In this document: positions 9,101 to 20,397 of the stretch, piece after piece
Layout of the letters: the number at the start of each line of letters is the position of its first letter
Position numbering within the stretch: the first letter of the stretch is position 1
Assembly: GCA_000091205.1 (NCBI GenBank)
Contig: AP006500.2
Length of the DNA stretch: 64,000 bases
Source: Cyanidioschyzon merolae
Lineage: Eukaryota
Reading direction: 5' to 3' (one strand)
The notes under the pieces: model-generated
What the model saw: only the letters and a program-made list of their open reading frames with translations
Database searches by the model: none
Told to the model about the DNA's origin: nothing
Position numbers and translations under genes: made by a program

Positions 9101-10094
9101 GGGGTGCGTTTCAGCTCTGACGGTGTCATGAATCGTATGGGAGGTTCGCTGTTGTCCTTGTTGATAATGGCGATATTGGCCGATACGCTTACGCAGTCGG
9201 TCTCGACGAAAGACGCAACCTCTCCTGGTCGTATTGCGAAGCTGGTATTCCCGCAGTTTTTCCTTCCCGCTTGCATCTATTGCTTGCGAGGCATGGTGTT
9301 GCCACTGCCGAGCGGTGTTTCCTCGATGACCGTGAAGAAAAGCGGATTCGACTTGAGCACCGAATCGATTATTTGACGTGACAAATCCAGTCGACTTTCG
9401 GAACGGGCCTGCGAACAAGGCATCAAGGGGTGACGTCGAGGCTGTCTGCTCGTCAACCCAACAGAGCGCATTGCTGCGTCCACGAGTTGCCCTGAATCGG
9501 AAAGATCGAAAACTTGAAGCATGTGAGATTCGGGTATGCCACACATAAGGAGAGAAGAAGCGAAGCAGCTTGCAAATATGAGTTGGATATCGATTTCTGT
9601 TTTTTTACGGACCCGTGTTCGGGGGTATCGCGAATCATTCTGACTCCGATGAAAGAACGCATTCCAGCGGTAAATCGTTCAAGGTAACGCTCCGAAAACA
9701 CGACCAAGAATCCTAAAACTACGCGTGAACCCGTATGCCCATAGTGCTGCACTTGGAATCTTGATGCCGCAGATCCAGAGAAAAACGTTTGGATGTATCG
9801 CAAGCTAGGAAGAGCGCAAGCAGCTCAAAACTCCATGATAACGTAATACGGTTCTAGAGACCTGCTCTGGGGCCGCGCTCCCATCCGCAGAGGCAGCGCA
9901 CGAAAGCAAAAGCACAGGACGACTGCACCAGACACCAGCGAGACCGCGGCTCACGACCCGCTCGACAGACACCTGCGTTTGCTCCTTCATCGCACCGCTG
10001 CTTGCACTGCCTCAGACTCGTTCATAACCCAGCATACAAAAGCGTAGAGCGAGATTGTATCCCCCTTCACCGGCTGATCTGACAGGTGTCTTGC

Positions 10095-10120
10095 GCTGTT
10101 GCTGCTGTTGCTGCTGTTGC
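10095..10120. repeat. (CTGTTG)n microsatellite
   Basis: GCTGTTGCTGCTGTTGCTGCTGTTGC, upstream of the large ORF. Confidence 0.7.
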
Positions 10121-10783
10121 CGGTTCTGCAGGCCTCAACTCAAGCGCTCTGAAGTGCAGCAAGCGCATCGCCGGTTCCCCAGCACGTCTGCATGCGCTTT
10201 ACAGGCAACGGAAAGCCAGCGCGTGCGAGAGACGCTCGTATCCCGCCAACGCACTTGCCACGACTTTAACTCGACCAGGAGGCACAAACCTTCCTGCCCA
10301 GCCGAACCGAAGGTTGAACACGCTCTCGTAGCAGCGACGAATAACCGTCTGCGACAATCTTCAGGGACAAGAGGTCAGTCTCATACGAGTGCCTGACCAG
10401 AAAACCGTTATTCCCAGGTACCTAAACCCGAGCGTCTATCCCAGGTCACTAGAGCTGCACCTAGCGCCAGCACAGTGCACTCGGAGACGCAGCACTTACT
10501 CCAAAGTCGTAGCTTTCTCAAGTCGATATCGAACAGTGCTGGAACCGGTTCCCGGCATACTTGCGTCCATTCACGCTAGACTCTATGTGCAGTTCGAACA
10601 AGTGCCTACAAAACCTTGTGCAGTTTCCCGCATCCAGGATGCATATCGCACGCGCTGGTGACTGCTGAACCGCATCATCGACCGATCCACCAGGTGTTGT
10701 ACTGCTTCTTTCACTATCGATCCACCTGGCGCGTTCGCGTTGGTTCAGGATATGCACAGGCTGCCCGACGACAACCAGGACTC

Positions 10784-13700
10784 ATGTCCCAATTGCGTGA
10801 AAGTTCACCCGTGCACTATCTCGTGCCCCGACAACCGGCTTTCGTTGAAGCGGAGCTTAGAGCCGAGGGCACGCGTCTGCTGTTTCTGTTGCATCGCTCG
10901 CGCCAGCAACTGGAAACGCTTTGGAGTGAACGTTCCACCGAGTTACTTTCCGGATCTAGTCCAAAACATGAAATTGAACGTCTAGACCGTCGCTTTTATA
11001 CCGAGTTGAGAAAGCTTGATCGCCTTGTTTCCCGCTTCCACCTCCTCGGGGGGCTTCTCCCGGCAGCGTTGCACCGCGAATTGACCTGGCTCTTTCTCAA
11101 CCTCTGCTTGGGTGACGCGGCTATCACGCTACGTGACTTGGATGTTCGTAGCGTCTGCGCCGAACGACTCTCGGCAACTTTGTTGCAGCGGGATCGGTAC
11201 GAGGCCCAGGTCGTCCGGCTTGCTCAGGAGGCTGCAGGCGTATCGGCGCCGTGGTCAGGTTCAACCAGTGGCGAACGTTGGCGGAAGCTCACGCAACCGC
11301 TGGCAGCTTTCGAGGGAATCTTCTGTGCACTTGACCGCATACTGCGAGCGTATCACTTTGATGATGACGTGTCCAGTGCGAGTGTGGACTTGGTTCCGCC
11401 CTGCTCCAATGATATCGAAGCGGATGCCTTGTCGTTGCATGGTGCCGTCCATAGTCCTCAAAGCCGCTCGATTCACGTGAGAGCGCTACTCGGGCTTGTG
11501 GAAGTGATTCGACCCTTGTTTGCGAGCTGTGCGGAGCGCATCTGGTGGGATCACTATCGGCCTCGTATCGTGGCAGCCGCTGAGCAGCACGCTCCCGAAG
11601 CCAGACGCCAGCTCTATCTGGAAGCCATCCTGTGTACGAAGCTACTGCCCACAGAGCTGGAGAGTGACGCAGACACCTCCGGATGCACCTGGGTGCGCGA
11701 TGCCTTCGAACACGGCTACAACGCGGGCGCATTCTCCGACGCACAGTGGAGCGGCAGCACGTTCACGGAGTGGGATACGCTGTGGTTAGAGCTGTGGTCA
11801 CGCGTAGCCCGGGATTTGTTGCCTATGACCCAGCGTCATGCATGGCAGGAGAGTCTGTCCAAGCAACCGCAAGAGAGGCAACAGAGCGCAAGAGAGAAGG
11901 AGCAGCTTCTGCTGCCCAGCATCGCGTCACTTTCTCAGAAAATTTTCGAGTCTCTAGGGATGCCTCTGGCTGACTTTGCGTACGCTCGTCCCGAAGATCA
12001 TGGATTTCCTGAGAGCATGCGCTTTGCAGTTGGCTCCAACGTCCCGGAACGAAGGATTCGTGCCTGCACCGAGCTCATGGTGCGCTACATCGGCAGCGGA
12101 GTGGATCCGTATGCGACCAACGAGTGCATCCTTACGGGGCTCAGGCGGCTGCTTGCCCTGACGGACATTGCGATCCATCCCAACCGCGGTGGTGTCTGGG
12201 CACCGCGTTTCGGCGCCTTTGTCGAGACACTAGCCACAGCGATGTTCGAGCGCGTCTCCCAGCAACAGATACACGGAGATTCAGCGCTATACGATCGAAT
12301 CGCGGATTGTCCCCAGGAATCCGAGCACCAACTCAGCACTGCTTGCGTATCGCGCATTGTGGAGATGCTGTCGGAGACTCTGGAGCGGGCGCTCTTATCC
12401 GCGAACAGAGCGCTGGCGAGTCGAGCGCAACACTCTCTGCGGTTGATGCTGCGGATGCTGGCCCCGACGTCGGACTCGGCGAGCTCGGCACCGCATCTAT
12501 CCCTGAGTTGCACGCGTTGGGCTCGAGCGCTCTTCGAGAGCGTCGTCCTTGATACGTTCGAACAGGAATCCAAGGCGTCGAGACGTGCCACGGCTGTAGG
12601 CGTGGCGATGATCCTGTTACCGTACCTGCTGCCGCCTCAGGATGGAGCGCCTGACGGGCGCGATGACGAGCTCGAGTCACAAGTCGCATCGCGGGAGTCA
12701 GTGGAAAATCGCCTTGTGCTTCTCCTGGACTATATCCTGGAAGGCACTTCAGCGAGCGACGCACCGTTTGCCGAGGCCGCCTACCACTTCTGCCTGCGCC
12801 TGCTGGATCTGGTTCATCCATTCATGCAGACGGAGCAGCACGCTTCGGTCGAAGTGGGTGTGTTTCTCTCACGCTCTGCATACACATTCTTGATCGAGGA
12901 GTGGCTCTACCGGTTCGCCGAGCGCATCTTCGACGTCCTGGATGCACTGGAGGATCGCGATGCCTCCTCGCCAGCGCCGTCCCTACAAGTGTTCGAAAAC
13001 CTCATCATGAGAATGAGTGAAGTACTGCAGAGCTATGAAGGCGACACTGACGCAGCGGACTCGCTATGGCATCGCCTCTTCATCGAAAAGGTCCTGGAGG
13101 AGCGACTCACTGGCCACCGAGCACTCGACAACGCCACGAAAGAGTGGTCTGCTGTCGTTCGTGCCCTGGTTGCTTCGACAGACAAGGCACCGGTGCGTCG
13201 TCGCCACGCGCTGATGGATCGCCTCTTGGCGGCTGCAGCTGCAGATGCAGATGCGGCTGCTGCACTGACGACGACATCATCAACAACAACAACAACGCCG
13301 CCGACGCTCCAGGCATGGCGACTTGGCCTGCTGGGTCAGGCGTGTCGACGCTATGCAGACGCTTCGGAGCTTGCGCTTCGCTACGGAGATCGCATTGCGG
13401 TGCTAATACAACGTGCCTGTTGCGCTGTTGCTGAGCGCTCGGTCTACAAAGCGGGCGGCAAACTGCTCCGTGGCTTGATGCAAGGACTGACCGATTCGTG
13501 GCCTGTAGCTGTGCGAGCAAAACAGGTACCAGTTGCCGAGCGCTGGCAGCGTGTGCGCACGCTCTGGCATCAAGGCTGCTCCTTGAGTCTCTGCATTCAG
13601 CAGATCAGCTGGCAGCACATCGAGATTCAGTGGCATGAACCTTGCCCTGATGCGGTTCAGTATGCGTGGTCCTTGTTTGCGCAGAATCTGCGAGCGATAG

Positions 13701-16700
13701 AAGCATTCCTCGGTGACGCTTCCGCATCCATCGATACCAATAAGGCCAAAGCAGCTGCTCGCTGGCTCTTTGCGCTTCGTCGCGGAGCACGCTGGTTGCT
13801 CTCCGGGAAGCGCATGCGCTCTGGTCTGGATTCCATCGGTGACGAAATGATCGACAATGCTTTCAATGCAGAGGACGCGTTTGATACACTAGACGAGGAT
13901 CTCCCGGGCGCGTTTACCGACTCGAATGACGCTGAGCCCGTATCCGACTCGCCCCGCAAATCACCCGACTGGACTGCCTTGAATGGCAATGCTTCGGGCT
14001 TTCTCGACTTGCTTCCATCGAATGCAACGCAACTGCTCGAGCAGTGGCAAGCGCTGGTGCTGCGCATCGTCCTCGCTGCAGATCCGGATACGCTTCAACG
14101 CGATGCCCTGCGACCGTTGGAGATCGGGCACCAGGGCTTTTCCATCGATGACGCTGGGGCACAACGCGCCGGACGAGGTCGTGCTCGTCGACGCTTTGCG
14201 CTGCGGGCGGTTAACGAGTCCGCAGTGGATGTGAGCGGGTGGGCGCTGCTGGAGGCACCGCCCTGGAGCTTGCAGGCGTTTGCGTTGGCGGCACTGGAGA
14301 GCCGGCGCTCGCTCGCCGCTCGTGCCGGGAGCTTTGCGATATGCTGCGGCAGCATAGCAGCCGCACACGATGATGCATTCCCCAAGCCGCTCCTCAAAGT
14401 CTTGCTCTCGGAGCGCGGCGTCTTGAGTGACTTTCCGGGCGTCGGGCGTCGAGCACGGGCACTGCTGCTTCCCGCGTGTCGATTCCTGTCGCTGTATTCG
14501 CTCAGAGCGCTCGTTCTGAGACCCATTCTTCACGAACTCGACGCAGCGGCTGCAATCGACGACAAAGTTCTGCTTCGACAACAACGTACCCGTTTGGAAA
14601 GCGTTTTTCTTCTGCTCGATGCGCTGTCACCGCGACTCGCCAGCGAAGCACGACTCTTCCGGGAGCTCGTGGCGACGGTGTTACGCACTGCCTGTCGCGG
14701 TACCTGGATGACCAATCTAGCCAGCGTATATGCGTTTGCAATGAGGCTCTTGTTCAAGGTTGCGCTTCGTGTGCGCAGACTCGCGATGCTGAGCTCGACG
14801 CCACCTCGTGATGAGCGCTGTGCGACGCTGCCCAGCATCGACGCCGGACACCAGCTATCCGAGGGAGCATTTGCGTCGATGCTCCTCTGCGTCGCACAGC
14901 GGGGTGCGTATCCGGAGCCTTGCGCGAACGTCGCAGCGTTGACAGGCGCGACGCAGCAGCTGGCGTGGCCCACACGCGCAGTTGCTGCCTGGCTTCTGAT
15001 CCAATATGATCTCGTTCGTGAAGCGCACTGGCGGGCACTCGGTGTGCGGGACTCGTTCAGCGACTCCGTGGCGGTGAGCTGGCGACGAGCCCTGGACGCT
15101 GCCATGTCGCTCGCAAACGATGCCCATCATGCGGCACTGCGACGACTCGGTACGTTGCTGGTCTGCCGACTCAGCGCGTGCAGTATCGCGCGATCGAATG
15201 CTCTCGATGCTTCGTGGCGCTCCGCGGAGCAAGTCCAGGCCCTGTTGTACGCCATGTATCTGGATGCCAAGGGCCCGTTGTCGCTCTTCATATCGTCGGC
15301 ATCGAGTCCGACGGATGCTGCAGCAGCTGCAGCGGCAAACGAAGGCGATGTGTTGTCGAGTCTGACTGCTGCGGTCGCTCAGCAGTGGACGGGAGCAGCA
15401 GCTGCAGCGGGGTCGATCGCTGCCGGCGCCCTGGCGGATGTCATCCTCGATGCGGCGGCGGCATCGTGGGAGCTGCTCAGCGGTGGCCCTGTGTGGCCGT
15501 CCATTCGCGACGGCTGCCTGGGCTCTTCTCTCATGGTTAGTCGACAACCCGGTGAACACTGGACATTCGCCATGCTGACGCGAGTGCGATGCCTTGAGCG
15601 CCTCCATGGACTGATGGATGCATCGGAACGACAACGCGTCCAGTGGTACCGCGAGTCGGCGCCTGACCTCTCGATGCTCCACGGTACGCAGGTTGTCGAT
15701 GGCGACGGTGCCGCGGACGACCGCCTGCGCAAACTCGAGCACGAGATCCTGGTAGCCACCGCGAGTCGCGATCTGGACAGACTAGCGCAATGCATCGAAA
15801 AATGTCCGTCGCAGCTGGTATGGCGGAGTCTGATCGTGCCAGCGCTGCGATATCTGGCCGACCAGCCGCTGTATTCGGAAGCGGAGCTTGCCGACAAACA
15901 CCCGCTCATCGATATGGTGATGAGGTTAGCGAGTGCTCGTGTGCGACGGGCGCCCAATGCCTGGAATGCGCTCCTGGATGAGACTGTACCACACACCGAC
16001 GCGACAGCGGTCGTGCGTACGCTGCATTGCCTCGAAGCGCTGGGTCGAGTAGCGCCACCAGCTTCGTTGCGCTACGAGCTTCTCATGGGGCGCCTCTCTG
16101 GCGTCGAGCGGGATGCTGCTGCATCGCTCCTGGCTGTCTGGGTCGCGAATCATCGCTCGCTACTGACCGAGATGCTGGAGCGATGGCGGTTGTATGTCGC
16201 GGGACTGGAGGCGGCTTTCACGTCTGGGGGCGTGCCGGCTCAGGGCGCCTTGCCTGACCGTCTGTTCGCAGCCCGGGATACACTGATAAGCTTCCTGGAG
16301 CGACTTTGTAGCTGGCGACTGCACGATGTTGCAGCGTTCTTCCAGCAACAGCCGATCTCGGTGATCGACTGGTGCCTGGCGCAGCTGGGTACCGCGCTTG
16401 TGTTCAGCGACGACCTCCGTGGCGACGTTTCCGGAATGCCCGGGAGCACGGGCTCAGCGGCGACGCTCGGGCAACGCGAATCCTTAGCGCAGCATGCGCG
16501 CAACACCTGGTATCTCTTGGCACAGACGCGAGCGCTGGTCCTTTTCCAGCGTACGTTATACGCAGTCGCTGAAGCGCGTCGAGACCCTCGCTTGTGGCCG
16601 TTCCGCGAAGCCGCCCTGCAAGCTGTTCGCCTTGCGATGAATGACCACCCGTTTGCATTGGTTGAGGGCGCCACAGCCACAGCCGCAGGCACTTCAGCCA

Positions 16701-17203
16701 GCACACCAGCATTGCAATGGATCGACGAGCTACTACCCTTTCTGAACGACACCGAAGTTGCCGTTCGCAAAGTCGCTGCCCAAGCGCTGGCGGCATGGAG
16801 CCGCTGGTTCGTACCCCATGCCTCTGATCACGATGATGAACGCATGCTCCACGAACCTGTTATTCGGACGTACTGGTGCGAGGCCAATGATCGAATCGAC
16901 GACCAGGGCCGAGCGCTGGTGCTCGCCGCACTCATCCAGTACCATCCGTACAACGTCCGCCCGCGTTGGATGTCGGATGTGCTCCATGCACTGGTGCGCC
17001 TCACTGAAGTACGATCCTCGAATCGAGCGTCGCTTCATCATTCGACGGCTCGCCGACGCGAAGCAGCGCAGGTCGCGCGCCAGTGCCTGCAGGCGTTTCG
17101 CCATATGCACCACGCACAGTGGACTCGCGAACAGCAACAACTTGAACCGAGCGTTCGCGAGCAACTTGCGGACTTGTGGCTCGGAAGTGCGTACGTCGTC
17201 TAA
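10784..17203 (+). CDS. Very large (~2,139 aa) alpha-helical/HEAT-ARM-like repeat protein, function unknown
   Basis: Uninterrupted 6.4-kb ORF in GC-rich codons. The track start at 10616 is TTG, and the first ATG is at 10784. It is Leu/Ala-rich with HEAT-like helices near the C-terminus (EVAVRKVAAQALAAWSRWF). There is an internal (ACA)n-encoded T-run (TTTSSTTTTTPP) and no recognisable catalytic motif. A proteasome-activator Blm10/PA200-like identity was considered, but the C-terminus ...AYVV does not fit the YYX gate motif. Confidence 0.5.
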   Translation: MSQLRESSPVHYLVPRQPAFVEAELRAEGTRLLFLLHRSRQQLETLWSERSTELLSGSSPKHEIERLDRRFYTELRKLDRLVSRFHLLGGLLPAALHRELTWLFLNLCLGDAAITLRDLDVRSVCAERLSATLLQRDRYEAQVVRLAQEAAGVSAPWSGSTSGERWRKLTQPLAAFEGIFCALDRILRAYHFDDDVSSASVDLVPPCSNDIEADALSLHGAVHSPQSRSIHVRALLGLVEVIRPLFASCAERIWWDHYRPRIVAAAEQHAPEARRQLYLEAILCTKLLPTELESDADTSGCTWVRDAFEHGYNAGAFSDAQWSGSTFTEWDTLWLELWSRVARDLLPMTQRHAWQESLSKQPQERQQSAREKEQLLLPSIASLSQKIFESLGMPLADFAYARPEDHGFPESMRFAVGSNVPERRIRACTELMVRYIGSGVDPYATNECILTGLRRLLALTDIAIHPNRGGVWAPRFGAFVETLATAMFERVSQQQIHGDSALYDRIADCPQESEHQLSTACVSRIVEMLSETLERALLSANRALASRAQHSLRLMLRMLAPTSDSASSAPHLSLSCTRWARALFESVVLDTFEQESKASRRATAVGVAMILLPYLLPPQDGAPDGRDDELESQVASRESVENRLVLLLDYILEGTSASDAPFAEAAYHFCLRLLDLVHPFMQTEQHASVEVGVFLSRSAYTFLIEEWLYRFAERIFDVLDALEDRDASSPAPSLQVFENLIMRMSEVLQSYEGDTDAADSLWHRLFIEKVLEERLTGHRALDNATKEWSAVVRALVASTDKAPVRRRHALMDRLLAAAAADADAAAALTTTSSTTTTTPPTLQAWRLGLLGQACRRYADASELALRYGDRIAVLIQRACCAVAERSVYKAGGKLLRGLMQGLTDSWPVAVRAKQVPVAERWQRVRTLWHQGCSLSLCIQQISWQHIEIQWHEPCPDAVQYAWSLFAQNLRAIEAFLGDASASIDTNKAKAAARWLFALRRGARWLLSGKRMRSGLDSIGDEMIDNAFNAEDAFDTLDEDLPGAFTDSNDAEPVSDSPRKSPDWTALNGNASGFLDLLPSNATQLLEQWQALVLRIVLAADPDTLQRDALRPLEIGHQGFSIDDAGAQRAGRGRARRRFALRAVNESAVDVSGWALLEAPPWSLQAFALAALESRRSLAARAGSFAICCGSIAAAHDDAFPKPLLKVLLSERGVLSDFPGVGRRARALLLPACRFLSLYSLRALVLRPILHELDAAAAIDDKVLLRQQRTRLESVFLLLDALSPRLASEARLFRELVATVLRTACRGTWMTNLASVYAFAMRLLFKVALRVRRLAMLSSTPPRDERCATLPSIDAGHQLSEGAFASMLLCVAQRGAYPEPCANVAALTGATQQLAWPTRAVAAWLLIQYDLVREAHWRALGVRDSFSDSVAVSWRRALDAAMSLANDAHHAALRRLGTLLVCRLSACSIARSNALDASWRSAEQVQALLYAMYLDAKGPLSLFISSASSPTDAAAAAAANEGDVLSSLTAAVAQQWTGAAAAAGSIAAGALADVILDAAAASWELLSGGPVWPSIRDGCLGSSLMVSRQPGEHWTFAMLTRVRCLERLHGLMDASERQRVQWYRESAPDLSMLHGTQVVDGDGAADDRLRKLEHEILVATASRDLDRLAQCIEKCPSQLVWRSLIVPALRYLADQPLYSEAELADKHPLIDMVMRLASARVRRAPNAWNALLDETVPHTDATAVVRTLHCLEALGRVAPPASLRYELLMGRLSGVERDAAASLLAVWVANHRSLLTEMLERWRLYVAGLEAAFTSGGVPAQGALPDRLFAARDTLISFLERLCSWRLHDVAAFFQQQPISVIDWCLAQLGTALVFSDDLRGDVSGMPGSTGSAATLGQRESLAQHARNTWYLLAQTRALVLFQRTLYAVAEARRDPRLWPFREAALQAVRLAMNDHPFALVEGATATAAGTSASTPALQWIDELLPFLNDTEVAVRKVAAQALAAWSRWFVPHASDHDDERMLHEPVIRTYWCEANDRIDDQGRALVLAALIQYHPYNVRPRWMSDVLHALVRLTEVRSSNRASLHHSTARRREAAQVARQCLQAFRHMHHAQWTREQQQLEPSVREQLADLWLGSAYVV

Positions 17204-18192
17204 GGACACGGCACACGTGATAAGGTATCTTGGAAAAAAACTGGACACGTACGAATCACATTTAAACATCCACGCCCATCGTGGCGCTACCAGGACAACG
17301 GGACACGTATCTCCTACGAAACGCGCGATCTGCAATGCAAACTTGCAATCTTAGATACAACTAGGCAGAAATCGGTACTTGATTCGATGCCTCACTGCAT
17401 CCAGCGCGCCGATCGGACACCGCATGTATGCCAAGCGGCTGGCAAGTAGCGGGAAAACGCATCCGCTGTTGTTCTTGTTGTAGTTGCTGTTGTTGTTCGC
17501 GATCCGTAGATTCGCAAGCGTGCGTGCGTGCGCGCACCCGAACGTAGCGACGCTCATTGCAAGTGATCGACAAGCATAGGATGCCTGCAATATCAACCGG
17601 TGATCACAGGGGCTTGTTTGCGCACACTGTGCTTCCAGAGCATGACGAGAACGATACACTTGCAATGGGGTGGACGCACGTGCCCTGTAAGGGCACATAC
17701 ACATACACACACATGAATGCAAGCATGCACGCACCCTATCGTCCAAGGAGCGGTCGACGAGCGGCACCGATAATGCGGTAACCTGGATCGTTTGCGCGAC
17801 TCCTTTGACGGGATCTTTTACGCGGCATACATCTTGAAAGGATGGAAAGTGATTCGCACGCCTCGTGTCTTGATTGGACACGCCACCAACTATGATCATC
17901 TCCATACGAAATGGCAAAGAGCGCATCTCTCCGTCTGTAAACTTTCCTGCAACGTATTGTTTTTTTCCATGAAAATTCTGCATACTCTGAACTGGACACG
18001 GTTCCTTTGGATTTTTTGAATTGAAACTGTTATGAATGATCATCCCGAATCAGAACTGTTAAGCAAACGGCCACGCCATGTAACGGGTGCCTGTACACGA
18101 GCCGCGCCCACACACCGAAGCGTGGAAGCGGCGAACTTATCGGACACTCGTATAGACAGGCATCCACCTCATGCGTCGCACATGGCAGCACA

Positions 18193-20397
18193 TTATGCAG
18201 TGGAGGATGCAGGCGCCTCCTCATCATTCGATGTCGATACAGGTAATGTGCTTTCGGTTGAGGCATCGGCGTTGGCGGCCGACGCTGGCTGTACTGGGGC
18301 AGTAGGCGAGCCCGGCGGCGGGCAGGTCGGCACCGTAGACGACGAAGACAACGATAACGATAACGATGATGATCGTGATGGTGATGATGACTCGGTCTCC
18401 TCTTCGCTCAGGTGATCCGATCCCAGAGCTGCTGAGGTAGCTGCTTTTTTTCTGCTTTGGAGGAGTTGCTCCGCTTTGCGAATATGCCGCAGGGACTGTT
18501 GGCTGATCACTGATTCGTCGGCTCCAAGTGCACGCAGTTGCGCCTTGGTAAACGCCATGTCGCACACGTTCTTGAGCTGCGCGAGTGCAGCACCGCCGTC
18601 CACTTTTTCCATGCGGCGAGCTTCGCGCAGGAGCTTGAGTTGGTACTTTTGTAAATGCGTGCGCACCTGCTTCGGACTGCGGCTCTTCACGATACCAGCG
18701 ATGGCAGCGAAATTCTTCGGACCGAACTTTTTGCAGCCTAGCAGAAAGAGCTCGTGTTCCACGTCTGCCCAATACCGTGTAGTGCCCAGCGGCCGTGCAT
18801 GACGTTCACCCCGCCTCGAGCGGCGCTTCGTAGTTAGGTTCAGCTCGCTTCCTGCAGATTGTGCGAGTGAAGGCGCCCCATTCGTGCCGACACTGGAGGA
18901 TCCCTCTGGGCCAGTCATCTCTGAGAATTCTCTGCGAGACCTTTGCCGTGCTGCGGCTGCCATTTGCTGACGATAATTCATCTTCTCGAGCGCCTCAGCT
19001 GCCGGACCAAATACTTCGCGTGCTGCAGAACAGGCCTCAGCCGCCTGGCGTGAAGGAAAGAGGAAAGTTCCATCGTGGAATGGTGCAAAAGCGCATTGAT
19101 TCCCTAGGCGTGTCTCGGGAACGTTACCGGTAGTTCCACTCGCGAACGACGCGGCTTTCCCAGTTTGGTGCTTATCCGAGTCAGTGATTTGCGCTCCTTC
19201 GTCGAGGGCAACCAAATTCCGGGCGCTGCTGCTCCTCGATACGACTGCATCCACAATGCCGGGAAGAAGACGCCGGTCGCACACGCCGAACCCCTGGCTA
19301 TCCTCGAATACAGAGCAATCCTCCCCGTCGATCGCCGCAGTGGGGGCACTTATCAGGTTCTGGGTGCCGCTTTGACCAACACCAGCGGTGAAACCGCTAC
19401 CGGATACGATGTGGCGAAGCTTCTCGGCCTGAGTGCGCTCCTTGTCCAAGAACTTCCTACTCGGCTCAAAGGTCGCAACGTATGCGGGTGTAAGCGGGGA
19501 GAATACACCAGCAATATGATGATGCACGTCCGGAGTTGAAGCGGACTCTCCTCTCAGATACTTCTCAAGCATGCGCTGCAGAGCAGCTACTTCCGAACGG
19601 GACTTCTCAAGCTCGCATTCGAGCCGGCGAATGCGATCCGACTGCTGCTCAATCATCGTCAACAAATCCGAATCTTCTGTGGCTTCACTCGATTTGTGTG
19701 CGGACTTGATTCCACGGTCCCACGTCTGCATAAAACGATCGTCACAGCCAAGCGCCTCGTCTCCAATGCCAATGTGCAGCATAGGCAGCGCATCCATCTG
19801 GGCCGTCTCATGGATAGAATGCATGTCCGAGGCGGAACTCACGGAGAATGCTACTTCACTAATCTGTCCAAAGTTTGAAGCATCAGCGCTTATCTCTGTC
19901 CCCGGTGAGCTGTAATCTGGATCAAGCGCATCGACAAGCACACCCAAAACGTCGTTCAAATCGATGTCCTCCGTAGCGCTCTCGCAAAAGCGTCCGGGTG
20001 CGCGCCCTGTCATGCGAGATGTCTGCAACGCTGTTTCCGTCAGTTTCACAGCTCTACCGCCGCTCACGCTCTGCTTCGTCTTCGATACTTCCACACAAGG
20101 TTGCAGCAACGACGCCGTGGGGCTCTCGTCTCTTCCACTCCACGCACACGTTTTGTCCTCTGCGTCTCTGAGCCAGCCCACTTCACGATCCGCGCTCGCG
20201 GCGTCAGGGCTCAACCGAGAAATTGCGCTTGCGCTCCTCGAAATGTTCCCACCGGCTTCGTTATACTCGCCTCTTTCGCACCTGCCCTTCCAGGCTTTCG
20301 AAAACGAACCGGCAAAGTCACACTCGGTTGAAGTAGGTGTAACACAGGTTGCAACGCCAACACCAGTTCCCGTATGGAGTGTTCCCAACGTCGCCAT
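18193..20397 (-). CDS. Myb/SANT-domain protein, SHAQKYF-class-like (single repeat), 734 aa
   Basis: ATG confirmed (cat 20395-20397). A single Myb repeat RYWADVEHELFLLGCKKFGPKNFAAIAGIVKSRSPKQVRTHLQKYQLKL has THLQKY in place of SHAQKY. It is followed by a coiled coil (RIRRLECELEKSRSEVAALQRMLEKY), with long S/A-rich low-complexity flanks. Confidence 0.6.
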   Translation of the reverse strand: MATLGTLHTGTGVGVATCVTPTSTECDFAGSFSKAWKGRCERGEYNEAGGNISRSASAISRLSPDAASADREVGWLRDAEDKTCAWSGRDESPTASLLQPCVEVSKTKQSVSGGRAVKLTETALQTSRMTGRAPGRFCESATEDIDLNDVLGVLVDALDPDYSSPGTEISADASNFGQISEVAFSVSSASDMHSIHETAQMDALPMLHIGIGDEALGCDDRFMQTWDRGIKSAHKSSEATEDSDLLTMIEQQSDRIRRLECELEKSRSEVAALQRMLEKYLRGESASTPDVHHHIAGVFSPLTPAYVATFEPSRKFLDKERTQAEKLRHIVSGSGFTAGVGQSGTQNLISAPTAAIDGEDCSVFEDSQGFGVCDRRLLPGIVDAVVSRSSSARNLVALDEGAQITDSDKHQTGKAASFASGTTGNVPETRLGNQCAFAPFHDGTFLFPSRQAAEACSAAREVFGPAAEALEKMNYRQQMAAAARQRSRREFSEMTGPEGSSSVGTNGAPSLAQSAGSELNLTTKRRSRRGERHARPLGTTRYWADVEHELFLLGCKKFGPKNFAAIAGIVKSRSPKQVRTHLQKYQLKLLREARRMEKVDGGAALAQLKNVCDMAFTKAQLRALGADESVISQQSLRHIRKAEQLLQSRKKAATSAALGSDHLSEEETESSSPSRSSSLSLSLSSSSTVPTCPPPGSPTAPVQPASAANADASTESTLPVSTSNDEEAPASSTA

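Noticed and set aside
8684-9544. 286-aa and 187-aa minus-strand ORFs across the 41-bp minisatellite
   Set aside because: The repeat period is not a multiple of three and two frames are open simultaneously. The peptide repeats are a by-product of the DNA repeat. No domain recognised.
13107-15996. Numerous 100-300-aa antisense and alternate-frame ORFs inside the 6.4-kb gene (for example 13961-14584, 14855-15742, 15379-15996)
   Set aside because: These are typical stop-poor shadow ORFs of a GC-rich coding region. They are Arg/Ala/Ser-rich with no motifs, and the sense-frame ORF is continuous and far longer.
17351-18043. 230-aa minus-strand ORF between the large gene and the Myb gene
   Set aside because: It lies in the convergent 3' intergenic region and is built of microsatellites ((GTT)n, (CA)n, (GAT)n). 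Low-complexity translation, no start context.
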